DNA of 64,000 nt from Catajapyx aquilonaris (lineage: Eukaryota), in assembly GCA_000934665.2 (NCBI GenBank), contig KZ538038.1, positions 1 to 64,000 on the forward strand. Direction: 5' to 3'. Shown here piece by piece: positions 33,801-47,491 of this stretch. Made by a program: the position numbers and the translations under genes. Each line of letters opens with the position of its first letter. The stretch's first letter is position 1. Under the pieces are notes generated by a model that did not search any database, was not told where the DNA came from, and saw nothing but the letters and a program-made list of their open reading frames with translations.

Positions 33801-36800
33801 GGAGAAAGAAAACCCTTGTCAGTTCTGATTGTATATAAGTAAATGATAACAATAAATTTTACTCGAATTAATTAATGTAATTTACATTATTTTAATTCGT
33901 ATTATAATTAAGACGCATGCTTATTCTACCAAAATATTGCCATAATTATGATGACAGCTCGCAAAAAAACACATAATTTTATGAATGGACACTTGGACCA
34001 CTTTTCCTCCTTGCATGCCGGTTTGAATTATGGTCATTATACCATTTACCTTCTTTTTATTTTATATTATTTTGTTGGATTTGTTTAAATTATACCTATA
34101 GTTTGCATGACTCTAATTGCAATTTATCAGGGAGTAAAAACCTGGTGGGGGTTTATTATCCTGAGTGAGACGATGACACTGACGCCTACTGATAAGCATA
34201 CCGTCGGAGACCTTCTTTCCCCAGGCAAGACATGCGAGAAAAATTCCCTTCTGCTTGTGGTATAGGGATGAATTGGGTAGGGAGAGGATGGGAAGGGGAG
34301 AGGGGGAGAAGATCTGGGAGAAGGGAAAAAAAAATTAGAAAATTGCTTCGGCACTTCACTAAATTGCCTGCTTGTCATGAAAGAAGACGGCCGTGTAAAG
34401 AAGGAGAGAGACGTCTTTTTGGATGGTGCGAGGTTGAGGCCATGGGGAAAAATAGGAGAGGAGAATATAAGGAAGAAAAGGATCCCGGGATCGAATGGAA
34501 AGAAAGAGAGAGAGAGAAAAGTGGGAAAAAATATATATGTATTCTCCACCTGAAAAACTTACTTGAATGGAAACGAGTTTCTTTGCCATTTTCGTATAGT
34601 ATAAAGGTGGGTGTGATACAGCCAACCTGCAATAAAAGAGCGAAGAAACTTGTTTCCATGACACTTCTTGCAAGCAATTTCCATATCAGATATTTCCGCT
34701 CTTTGGATCCGTTCACTATAACAATAAGTCAAAACTAATTATTAACTGGCACAATACTTATTCTGACTCAGAATTTCGCTATGATCCGTGATTGTCGAGT
34801 GCCAACAAATAACTACGACGGCTATTCTTCAGCCTAATGAATGCCAAAGTGACGTTTTAATTGTTCCAGTCACTGAAGTTTTCTATAGAAGTATGACGTG
34901 TCACAGTTGAGGATTCAGTGTCAGTTTGCGAATTTTTTGCACAAAATTATTTTCTAAAGGCCTTATTAGCAGCCTTCACTCAAGGTGTAAATTGCAATAA
35001 ATTTTACAATTTGTGACCTTTCCATATACACCCACTGCCGTCGATATTAATAACATAATGAACTCCTTTTTATTCACGCACAATGATTTATATATAGACT
35101 CTTTCTCTTCCAACTAATAAACACTGAAAACTTTAGGTGCATGAAATTTGGAATAGGTAAATAAAGCTGGTGCGGTGCGAATATAATTAATTAGACTAAC
35201 GAATGGAGCTAGCTATGAAATTATTCCTAAATCGAAATGATTTTATTCACACTGCACCAGGTTTGTTTATTTAACTGGATTTTTTTTGCACTTAGAATTT
35301 GCAGTGTATTCAAACCTGCCAAATCGGGGTCATAATAATTATACGTACAATTCCGAACATTTCTCTGTATGCTGCGTATGCTAAACAAGTTTCCATCATA
35401 CATGACAGATTGACAGGTATATGCTGTACATTGAAAATGAACCGTCAAAACAAATTTAATGTACATGTTATTGCAGTGCAGAGAATCCTTTATATGCATG
35501 TGCTAATAGCAGTTAATATTTTTCTGCGAATTCTCAAACTAAATGGTTGGAAAATAAGTGATTAATAATAAGTAAAAATAATAGCGATATCTGAAACTGG
35601 CATTTAAGATGGAGCACACAGAAGGCCCTATATATATCTTCCTTTTTATTTACAGCAGGTGTGAATGAAGGTTAATTGAGTGGAATATATTTCTTTCCAG
35701 CTAGCATCAGCTCCAGATGGAAAGCATCAGCCTTCTTCTTCTTCTTCTTCTTCTTCTTTTATTATTTTTATTATCGGTTGGGGAGATCTTCCTCTCGCTG
35801 CCAAATTCTCCTCCAAGAATCAATCACTTTTTTGCCCCCAGACATCTACGCTGCGGATAGGACAACGTACAGGAATAATAGAATTGGAGAGGCGGAAGGG
35901 GGGGAAAAAAATCCAGATTTGGGGAGACCTTAAAAGCTCTTGAAATCGCAAATTTGCAACTAGCCAATAAATCAATACTAACGAGTTACTTAAACTGTTT
36001 ACTATAGAAAACAGTAAGTAAACAGAATTTGCGTAAGCCGTCCTTCTTATTAGATCAACATGTATTTTGTTTAAGTCGTGGGCGTTTTCATTAGTTCGTG
36101 TCGACAGTGTACTCTCATCCTTGCAAATTAACTGTACAGTTAGACCTGCAGGGCTATTGGCTCAGTTACTAATTTTCGAGCCTACCTGTAGCGCCATTTC
36201 AGCTTGTGCACCCGGAGCAAAGGTCCAGAGAAGCTGAATTAATGTGAGCACAAGTACCATCCCGCGCATTTCCACCGCCTCTTGTTACTGTACAGTACAT
36301 ACCAATCAAGACCTGCAGGGGACAAACATGTGGCACTTGATTGGGTGCGTCCCTGCAGCGATATTTGAATAAGCCGAAAACAGATCGATGCCCCGGTATC
36401 ATCTCGAACGGAATGGGTTCATACTTTTTTTTTTTGTAAATACATGCAAACCGGATTGGAGACCTCTAATGTTTTGTAAGGGAAACCAACCCACTCTTGT
36501 TTCCCTGTATATTCCCCCCAATTTCTATATATGGATACACTGTACTATAGTCCGCGGATCCAAGTTCGGGGAGAGAGAGGAAAAGGGATGCTCTGAATTC
36601 CAAAGCAGACCGCCAAAAAGCCCTCTCTGTCTGTGCTGGGTTGTGTAAGGTGCTCGCCAAAGTGATGCTGCTCAACAATATTGTTCCCGATCGGCCCATA
36701 CATCTTCAAAGCCCGTCCATAAAAAAGGAGAGCACACTATACATCCTCTTTTATTATTGCCGGATCCGCACTGGCGTAATTGCCCAGTTGATATCTCCAC

Positions 36801-39800
36801 ACTATTTATCCTCCACTTAAACTGGTTGCTGGAGTGAACAATTCGCAACTTCTCCCAAATTCCCCATTTTATTGGAGAGTACTGTACTTTCTGTACTGTA
36901 TGCAGCTAATGGCATGGGCGCATTTTGTCAGGGTTTGCTCACTTTGCTGGTAATGCACCTACGCAGCAATTTGGAGTATCATGTAACTTAATGGGCAAGC
37001 ATGAACGGATATATTGACTATGCGCATGTGTTGCTATCCTATCTGTGTACACACACAGTTTCGGAGGATGCACAGAAGAGGTGCAACAGCAAGATGACTT
37101 TGTTGTCTGGCTCTCTCTAAAAGGACGGCGGCAGCGACAGACAATCGCGGCCAGCAGTTCCGCTTTACTGGTCGTGCATTACACACACTCAGTACAAGCT
37201 GCAATATCATGACCTCAGCCAAAACCTTATTACAGGTCTGAATCCCAGAGATCACAAAAGAGCCACACTCGATGAGGAAACAACAATACATTCGTTTGCC
37301 TGCTTTTGTGCAGAATTGAATTGTTCAAAAATGTGTGTGCAAAGGCTTTGTGGGCGACTTGTAATTAAGAAATGCAATTTTCAGAGAAGTATCTGGAAGA
37401 GGCACGGCAGATATTAACTGCAACTTTGCAAAGTGAGGGAATTATATTGAATCCTCTTTCTTTGCTGGGGAGTCCGTTGGAATTTACCGCAGTATAAAAT
37501 GAAACCTTGTGATCGAAAGCCTCTACAGTATAATGTGATACTCTTGTCCGCATTTTCTCTTAATCATTACGTACCACTCTGTAATCAGTCACTTACATAA
37601 GTTTCATCATACAGATCTTTTTAAAGAGCTTTTCCATGTTGCTACAAAATCTACAGTACTTCGCAATAAACTCCAGTACATTTATTTAAAAAATTAAATT
37701 AGCGTGACAAATATTCAGAGATGCGAAAAACATGTCACTGTAGATAAATATCTGCGCAAATATGAAGTTGGCAAGGGAAGTACACATGAAAGAAGATCCA
37801 GATGAGTTAGAGTGCGTGTCGGCTAACCAGAAATTCATCAGCACACGTCGAAAAAACAAAATTATACACGAAAGCCGTCATTTTAAGTGAAACTCCAAAA
37901 ATAGAGATAAATGAAGTGTCATGTGGAGTCATATCACTGCTTCCGCTACGAAATCACTGTACCAGCAAGGGGTTAATTAGCTCAACATGTTGGCTGTACG
38001 TAATGCACACAGTAGGCCCTATTACAGTATACAGTCTGGTAGGACAGAGTTGTTTCATTTCCTCTGGATGCCCACGTCAAACTTGTCCCTCTTGAAGAAA
38101 AAAGGTCACGAATCATTATTATCCCTCGGAAAAATAAGACCTTCGTCAATTTAGGTTGTTATGTGCGATGAGCCCCGAAATAAAATACTACATTTTCCCC
38201 CAGACTCTATCCCCATTTCTATTGCTATTTCTATGTCTGGGGATCCCCTCAAATTGGCAACTCGATGAGATATATTGCGGAGTTCCTAGAATTTTCCCAA
38301 TTATTTTTTCATCCCAACAAATGACCAAAAATATAGTCCTCAGGTCTGTGCAAACAAACGTACGTCCTTATTATTATTATTATTAAGAAAATTATTCTCT
38401 ATATCTGGTGGCTTACTGCTGAAGTCTATACAGTCCAACAAAGGAAGCCGAGGACAAAAGCAACGGATTGTTACTACCAGCATCGGTCGTGGCAAGTTAA
38501 TGCTACACTTTGTCCCATTCAAGCTTTAGAAAGTTATTGTAACAACTGAAATGTAACTACTTCCAAAGCTTTCTTGGAAAAAAATGGAAGCGAGTATGTG
38601 AATGGGGCTTTACACGAAAAACTGGAACGAATTTTTTTTATTCCTTGTGCATACCTGGTTTGTAACAATGAATAACGAGTTTTAAAATTCACTCTGTCAA
38701 TACACGTTCTTTCCCATACATTTTTTCACACAACCAGTTCCATAAAATCGTGCGGTACTTGCATTGCGAACTGCGCATTGTTGCAACTTTTAAAATCCGG
38801 ATTCCATTTCTTTTCTTCAACAATGACAACTTTTCCAGGGGCCGTCTCCAGCCTTGGACACACACCCAACCACTGTAGAAAGAGAAGGCGTGGGTGGTGA
38901 AAAGGGGTAATAAATTCTCACCCAAAGGCAGAAGCATACGCTGTTTGAGAAACGCAACTGGGGCCTCTCGTATTAGTCTTCTCCGGAGGAAGATTGATGG
39001 GCCAAACTTTCCCATCCTCTTCGGGGGCAGCCTTGGTTCGTTCGGCTCTCGCAAACATTATGATTGTCCTTGCCACTAGATCGCAATTTTAAAATTGCAA
39101 CACCCGAATTTTTGATAGTGCACGTAATAAGTGTGAATAATTTTTCATACATTGTATAACAATCCTCTTCGTGAAGTGACTCTCTGGCAATTTCATTGAA
39201 CTTCAATGCCTTCAGGGCTGCCAACTGAATCAACCTTAGTGACTTTTTGACACACTTACGAGAGTCCCACGTTTTCCCTCTCAGCCAGTGTTTGTCACAT
39301 CTCCGTTGCAAGCGCTAAGGAGAAGTGAACAAAGGTGATGCCAATTAGACTTCAAAGAGCTAAGAAAAACAAGCATATCTTCGGAGTGAGGTGGTCGTTA
39401 GCTGGGGGGAAGGTTGGAAAAGGAACAGGATCATTAGAGGCCTCGTACTCAATGCAAATCTGAAATAAAACGCATTCCACCTTGTTAAGGAAAACCTAAT
39501 TACATGCTAAGAAGAAGCCAGTGCAAGCTCTCTATAGCTGTCTCCGTGAATCCTATTATTTGTTCGGCTCAAGTGGTTGAAAGGAAATCGATGAGAAATT
39601 TGAGATAGTTTCTAGGTGAGTGAAGAGGGCGGGCCTTAATGATAATTACACCAACTAAACCCTCTTATCTCTTGTTGTTTCCGAAGTGTATATATAGCAC
39701 CTCGGCATTATCGCAGGGCGGTAACGAGGGAATCCACACCATTTGTTTTTACACCTAGTCAACAGAGAAGAAGCGAAGTAGTTAACTCACAGCATAATTA

Positions 39801-40946
39801 TGAAACTTGGTTGAAATGTGCTGTTGTACTGTACCAACCTGCTGACTGATTTTTTTGGCAAAGTTTTTTTTTGGTCAAATTGGGCGTCTTTCAACATTAA
39901 ACGTTAAGCAGATATGTCGCCCCTTCAGAGAGTTTCCTAATATCGTATGGGCTTTTCGGTCTCGGCCTAATGGGAAGACGCTGAGCTTCATAAACACTAA
40001 ATAAGTGAATAACACAATAGACGAGTGGACCGCAGACACTTAGGAGACTCTCTTAATGCTGCGAGTCACGAGAACGTTTCCAGGAAGGGGGCAATAAATG
40101 GAATTGATGGGAGGGTGTAGGCTACTGTGTCTGTGCGTACAGTCGTGACCAAAATGAGGGTCATGTATCCAGCAACCTGGTGCAAGATTCGCAGCATTGT
40201 CCCAAAAAAATATCCGATCAAGTGTTCAGAACTGAAATGGCTTCATTCAGCACGTATGTATCACAAATTGAATGGATCTCAACCCCACCAAAAATGTCAA
40301 TCTGTGTTTCTATGCACTGTATTTTGCTCTAGAGGGTACGGTTGAATAATTCTGGAACCGAGTGAACTCTATAGGAGGTATGTTTTGTTATGCAGATTTT
40401 AAACGCTGGCGTCTGTTCATTAACGGGCCACTTGTTGTCCTCCTTCGAAGCAGGAAAGCGGGGTTAAATTTTTTTCTTGAAGTCCAAAAGATGTCGGATA
40501 ATTGCAGTTGGAACTAACAATTGCAGCCCGCAGAAGTCATTAAAATGGCAGCAAAATTTTTCCAGTGGGCGAAACTTCCTGAAAAACACCTTTTTATTCT
40601 TCCTTTTGCTCCTTCCCCTTTTTGGCTTTGATCAAGGATTCCAGAGAATCCTACAAAAGGTGATCTCCTTTTGATGCGGTGGCCATTTTTGAGAAACCGT
40701 TCGCCCCTCCCCAACTTCCTCTGCATTTCAAGCGTGACAGTCTCTCTTCCACACTTTCCCTTCCCTTCTTCCTATTATAATGTCAAAGGGAAAGAGAGAA
40801 ATGGAAGGAGTAAAAAGAAGAGGAGGAAGGGGTCAATGCGAATGGAATCGAACTTCATTTTTCACTGTGGGAGAGGATATGTTCTCTTCTTCTCTTGCCT
40901 GCCGCTCACGGTTTTCAGCTCCAGTTTCCAATAGTGAAATAGTCGC

Positions 40947-41109
40947 ACAGGGTGTTACATAAGATATCCATTGTTACAAAACGCATATTAATGAAAACGT
41001 GGCAATTTAAACGATATTCCTTGTTTAAATTTTTGCATTTTGCATTGATTCTTGGTTCATAAAATCGTGTGGTGTACTACTTGCGAACTTTCAGTTACGA
41101 AACATCCTG
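40947..41109. mobile_element. Degenerate MITE with CAGGGTG/CATCCTG termini
   Basis: cagggtgttacataag ... agttacgaaacatcctg-ta forms an imperfect TIR pair. Confidence 0.4.
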
Positions 41110-44100
41110 TACATGCCTTACTCTTTTATTCGCGATCGTGAGTGCTGTAGCAAAAGGGAATCTTAGTAAAAGTGATTGATGCATGCAATAAAATGAGTGA
41201 GGTCCGTTCCACGTCCAAAGGAAAAATCTCCGCTCTTCGTCTTTTTCCCTTCAAAACTCTGGCCGTAACAGTTTCCAAACTCTCGTCTCGTACAGAGAAT
41301 TACAGTGCATTTATGTCTACGTGTGATTTACATCTGGTATAAGTACTGTGCAGGTCAAGAGATGCAGTAAATATTATCCTATACTGCGCTTATGAAATTA
41401 TCGACAATTTCTAATCATTCACCAATAAGATCATGCTTCACATGGCTACCAATCAGGTGATAATTTCAAATTTGCATCTGTAATGTGTGTAAAACAGTGT
41501 ACGACAGCCTGTGTCGCTTTTAAAAATATTGAAGTAAATATACGGTCCATTATAATAATTTTGAAAAATGGGGGACTCGTACTATACCGCTGCTCAGTTG
41601 GAATCCGTGCTTCACGATGGGGAAAGTGCAATGCTTTGTACGAATTTCTTCTTCAACTCTGGGGCACTGTACCCAGCACCCGGGGAACAGATGAAAAATC
41701 CGCCTTTCAAACCCTGCACTTCAAACCCTGCGATAGCATTGACCCCACAACAATGCGGCTGTCAGACCTCTGCATGGGGCTCGACCTTTCACATCCATAG
41801 AAAGGTCTATAACATCCACAAGGTCACACCCTTCAACTCCAAAGGGCACGTTTGTATTAAATCTTCTTGGTGCAGCATGAAAGACATGTACTGCAGAATA
41901 CAGTCGATATGATGCATAATTTTGAATATTTCTCCTGGAGAAGACCTCGCAAAAATGAAATCGAGTTAAAGTATAGTGTAGGCAGCATAAAAGAGGGGGT
42001 ATATTGATTGCGGATTTTCCCCGAGCCTTCTGTAATATTCGGGGCAGGGCTGGCTGTTCCTTTTGTTCCATGGTTGGGTTATGCATGGGCTGAAGGTACA
42101 GCCCGCCATTAATCACCGGGACATCTCAATATTCTTCAAGATAGCCCCATTATCGCTCATCCTCCCGGTGCCTTTTAACCGAGCTTTCAACCGGGCCGTA
42201 ATTAAAGCAAAAGGGGGAGGAGGGGGCAGGGAATAACCCCCCCTCCCCTTTCCTCCCTCATTATGCAACACTTTATTGGCTATCTGGGGGTTTTCAAAGA
42301 TTCATAGTCGAAGCGGCTGCCCATTTTTGTCTATTTCCCCACCAACTTCCTTTCATGATGGGGGATGATCAGAGACGCAGTTGAAACGAGGGAATAATTC
42401 ACAGAAATGCAACGTGACCTCGACGGCTAATGAGGTCTGTCCCAGATAACAGACGAACAAAATAATGCAAAAAAAGAGGAGCAGTTAAACGCCATGACGA
42501 GAAGTTTTCCGTTTGATTCATTACTGGCAATGAAAGTTAACCAGTACCGAACATAACAGGATGTGACTCAGGATTGTCGACTCTGTATTTAAAAAGAGGG
42601 TTGCACCACACGGTGTTTCATAATGATTCAAACGAACTTTTAGGGTCTTGGTCCAGGCAGGGATTACTTCCACAATATTAAACTCGTAGTGGGCGTGTAT
42701 GGTCATGCCATCTGATTGGTCCGCCTCATATTGTTACCGCGATGCTTCCGATTGGCCCACGTTCAGCGCAAGCGCAGTGGGCGGAGGACTCCGGCGGATA
42801 AAGGTCGCCGTTCGTCTCTCCCGTCACCTCGACCTTTTTCCACCCAAACCTGTCCCGCGTCTGGGTGCCGAATCGGTCACTGGTTATTGGAAACTGGCGT
42901 ATGCCATATTTGATCGAGCTGCTTTAGAACTAACATGATTCGAACGCAAAAGTTTTCAGCCCGCCTTATTTTCCGTTCGGTTCAATTTGCCGGTAGAGTC
43001 GCTTCTTGACACTTTACTGAGTGGTTTTCTAGGCCTGCGCCCTAGGAGGGGTTTTTCTAGTATTTTATAAAGTAAGTAATCCTTGGTCCAGGTTGTGTGC
43101 GCCACAGGTGATGTAAGACCCTGTTTGCAGAATTTGCTTTTCCTTATAACTTGAGTGGTGGAAAGGCGACGAGAGAGGATCGGATGAAGGATGCTGCAGA
43201 AAGGAAGGAAGAGAAGGGAGCCTGGGGTATGATGATGGCAACGACAAAGGGGGCCCCCCGCCTAATTCGAACCGCCTTGTGTCCAAAGCGGAACATTTAA
43301 ATCCACTTTGCATAGCTCCGTGCCCGAGCATGAATAGATCAGCGTCTAAGTGACGGAATCGAATCAGTGGCTCTGCTGCGCAAAAGCGGGCCAGCAGGAA
43401 TCATCATCCTGCACAAAATCCGGGGGAAACACACCACCCACCTCGAGTTCCCTGCAACCCGCAGTTTAATAGTCAAGGACTGTTAATGAGAGAGAAGGAT
43501 GGGGGATCTCGGAGGATGCAGTCGTCTACAGGGGAATAAATTTTAGTATAGGAAGGAAGGGGGCCCAAAACCCAAGGCTCTCCAATTGCTACTTGCTGCT
43601 GTGCTTCTAACCCACCTCATGGTCTTATCCGCTCGGGATATTAACACTGAACCGGCTTAGCAGCGTCCCTTCTGGAGTTCAGGCTCAGGGATATGCTAAC
43701 CCAATTTCGACGAAATTATGAACCACCTCCTCTTGCGAAAAGGGGAAGCACAGCACGCAGGAACCACTCCTCTCATAATAATTTTCCATTCATTCATACA
43801 TTTCACGGAATTTTCCCATCAAGGAGATACTGTGGAAGTAGTCCTATATCTGTCACATAGATGGCGGATCCTCCCTCTCTACACACTACTGATGACTCAC
43901 CGCGGACAAACCGATGGGCAGACTGCCAGGCTGTGATGTCGATGAATTTAACTACTTTTAGCCGGGAGATATCCCATGGAGAGTATATACCCACATTGAA
44001 GCACTTCCCACATGATATAATATGCTAGTAGCTGATGAGGGAATAGAGGCCGGTTCACCACCTCTGAAGCCCCACAAGTGGCCTCAACTGTAAGGCCGCT

Positions 44101-47100
44101 AAAGCCGCACCGATGATGGTTTTATTCTCGTCTCTCTTCTTCATAAGTCAGGTGTTATTCAAATCCGGGTTTTACTGTTGCGAATTTGCTGTTATTCTAA
44201 TATATGAATGTGCCAAATCTCCTCTCGACATACTGTAATATTCACTGGACTCTAACATTAATGCACATTGGCTGCACTGTACAGTACTGTACGGGAGCCA
44301 TACTGTAGAGTGCAACTGGGTGCATTATTGTAAAAGTTTAAGAAAATATTCAGCGAATGTTGCATAAACTATAACATAGGTCGCAGAGAACTTGATGAAA
44401 AAATACCTTAGAGCAATTTTGTGTTTTAATGTACGTATTGTGAGTGGGGCAAGTTTCAGCGCACTCGGTACACGGAAAGTGGGTTAAATAGGCGTGACAT
44501 ACACTATATCAACAAACTCTGTACTTTATTAATAAGGATTTTTATCAGTTCATATGTTGCGTCTCCCTTCATCGCTGACTATCCCTTATACGTGTAGGGA
44601 AATGTCGTGATGGTGGTTGGTGGTATATTTAATGGCATGTGCGCTATAAAAGGTGAATTTTTTACAAGCGCAACCGAGTGCGCATCCACACTCGCGCAAG
44701 TCTACTGTTCCGACAACAAGTTACTTCTCAGGGGCCTCTAAGGTTCGTTTCAGAGCCTTGCCAACATCGCAAAAGTCGGCTATATTGTTACCCCCTCAAG
44801 CAATTTGCACGAACTGTGTTACGCACTTGGTTGCGCTCATCAAAAAATTCATTTACAGTTGCTCGCATCTCCTTCACATCAGACAAGCATTTTCTTGTAG
44901 GCAAATGTGTTGTTGTTTTTGAGTAGATACGACCTTCTGAAACACAAATTGCGCCCACGGTTCGTGCAGTCGCAAAAATTTCTGTACCCGTTAAGCATAT
45001 TTAGCCCCATTCAGCGCACAAATCGTCCTTAAACGCCTGTAGCCATTACCAAGCAAAATTTTTGGTCTGATGAGGACACGATATGCTCTGAAGCCCCACT
45101 AAAATGTGCAGTGCGCATTGAACACACAACACATCCATAGAGAGAGAAAGCGCGTGCCCAGAAATGCATTGCTGGGGTCGGGGTGCTTGCGACCACCAAA
45201 ACCGCATTTGACATGCCCGACCTGATAATGGCTCCGAATGGGGTGCACCGCATTCAGACGTGCGGACAAGCTACGTTGCGTATGAATCTGACACCCTAGC
45301 TGCCATATAGCCCACAGCCCACACCCGCCCTGGCTTTATTTTTGCAAACAGACACTGATCCAATCTGCAATGCTGAGCACAGAGGGGTCACACGGGCCCC
45401 TCATTATGATGGACTGACACGCACAATTTGTCAAGTTAAATGACAAGGACGGACCGGAAAAAAATGTATACCAATATGGACTTGCAGAACTGAGTTTTCG
45501 CGGAATTTATTTCTGCACGATATGCAGATTTTTAATAGATTCGCAAAAACCAGCCCTTCCCGATCCATTTTATTGGAGTTTGTTACTAGTACCCGGTGGC
45601 AATCTTACTTATTTATAAATGGCAGAGTTTGTACGGTACATATACTGCATAATTATGACTAGGCATCAACTTGCCAAAATTTGGCACAAAATTTGGCAAA
45701 AATGCGAAAGTTGAGAAAGAGAGAGAGACCAGGCAGCAGCATCGAAGCGACATCCGACGGTGAAGTGCAAAAGTAAGCGAGTCGCCACCCAGACGGTGGC
45801 GCCCGGAACGGCGGAAATGGGAATTCCGTGGAACGGCCTCAGTAGGCATTTTTGCGTTTTACCCCTCGGCACCGTTTCCAAAAACAAAACTGGTTTGCAA
45901 ATATATAAAACACGGGATTTTTTTTGACACCACTCTCACAGCTGTAGGCCACATTTTGCACAGAAGACGAAATTCGCATTCTCTCAAGAGTGAGGTGTAC
46001 CAGGGTCCATTGCATTTCCCCCATAAATTCCCAAATTCTCCTAATTTCTGCGCGCATATTAATATCGGCCGCAGGTTATCGGAAGTTAATATGTGCTCAA
46101 AAATTTCGGAATTTTGGCCTCTCTGTGCAAATATTGCTCTGAGGTGCTTCATATATGAAAATAGTTTTTTAAAAATTTGCCTCCACTTTTTTTTCCTGAT
46201 GCTGGGGGGTTGAATAGGGAAAATAGTGCACATTCTCCAAAAAACAATAACCGAGGGAAAAGTTGGAAGCATCGTAACTCACATTGGGTCTAAAGACTTC
46301 CCAAGTTTTCGTCATCCTTATTATCCAATATCAGCGATGGTTTGGAAACGCCCAAGAATTCCCGGAGTTTCGGGGGTTTCTTCAGAGGGGGGTGTAGTTT
46401 GAAATTTCGGCCTTCCTCTTACAGTGTATCAGTGAACCAATATTATAGGATGAGGTATTGACTATAGCCAGGGAAGGGAAAGATCCCTTTTTCGTTAACC
46501 CGAAAAACAAACGGGGCCAAAAACCGCAACCAAGAACTTCTTTTCTTGTCCGCAACTAGACTGGAAGATCCGACCACATCAAATGGAGACGGTGGCCTCG
46601 GGGGGCACTCAGGAAGAGCAAAGTTTAAGCTTAAAACCTCCAGCCCTATACACTCTTTTTATATATATCTTTCTCTCCAACCAACTAAATAACTCACCAG
46701 TTGGAAACCCAAGACCAGACTCGGTCATACTTTAAAATGCATGAGAGTCTGGCTTGAAATTTTGACTGGGGGCCGATAGGCTCATGGAATTTATGCTAAA
46801 TTTGTTAATCTGGGGGGGGGGGGGNGGGGGGGCATGCAACTGCTGGGTGCGTGTACATCAATAATGGAGGTCACATGCAGGCTACTCCCCGTATGTTAGT
46901 TTCAGGCGAGTAGTCATGAATGGGTTGATCTGCCATGAATGATTGAGGGCGGGTCTGGTGATCGATTGTTACAATTAATTAATCATTAAAATCCAGCTTC
47001 TCAAGCTCGGTGTGGGAAAAGGAAGGGCGCCTGTGAATGGATTATACATTTTATATAACATCATTTTGACCACAATTTTGCATTTGAGGTATCTAATTAT

Positions 47101-47431
47101 TGTAATTAACAACAGGTGCTAATATCTTTCAAAAGGGAAACGCTGTCATGATTATGAGTTGTAAAATGCGTGTAATGTAGAAAATATTAAACTGGATTGC
47201 AACAATAACGTTCACTAAAAGTAGGCATCGAATTTTTCCATTTTACTAGTTGATAATAATCGAACGAAGCCGTAGAGTGGTTTCGGCACATTTTTTGCAT
47301 GACTGTTTAAAAATTCTGGTAAATATGGCCTCACATTAGAGTACTAAACAATCACGACGTTCATACGTTAGTGTTTAGTGACTGCAACCAATATTGTATG
47401 TCTCACACAAAGCAATTATATTGAAGTAATG

Positions 47432-47491
47432 CAATTCACATTGCAGGACTCTCGTACGTAAAAGTACGTAAAAGCCCTGCAATGTGAATTG
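47432..47491. repeat. 60-nt hairpin with perfect 16-bp outer arms
   Basis: caattcacattgcagg ... cctgcaatgtgaattg, with an imperfect inner stem ending cgtac/gtacg. Confidence 0.85.

Noticed and set aside
34127..34738. ORFs of 104-168 aa on both strands
   Set aside because: They arise from a low-complexity purine-rich tract and show no protein family signal.
46812..46832. Poly-G run containing an N
   Set aside because: Homopolymer sequencing ambiguity; not interpretable.
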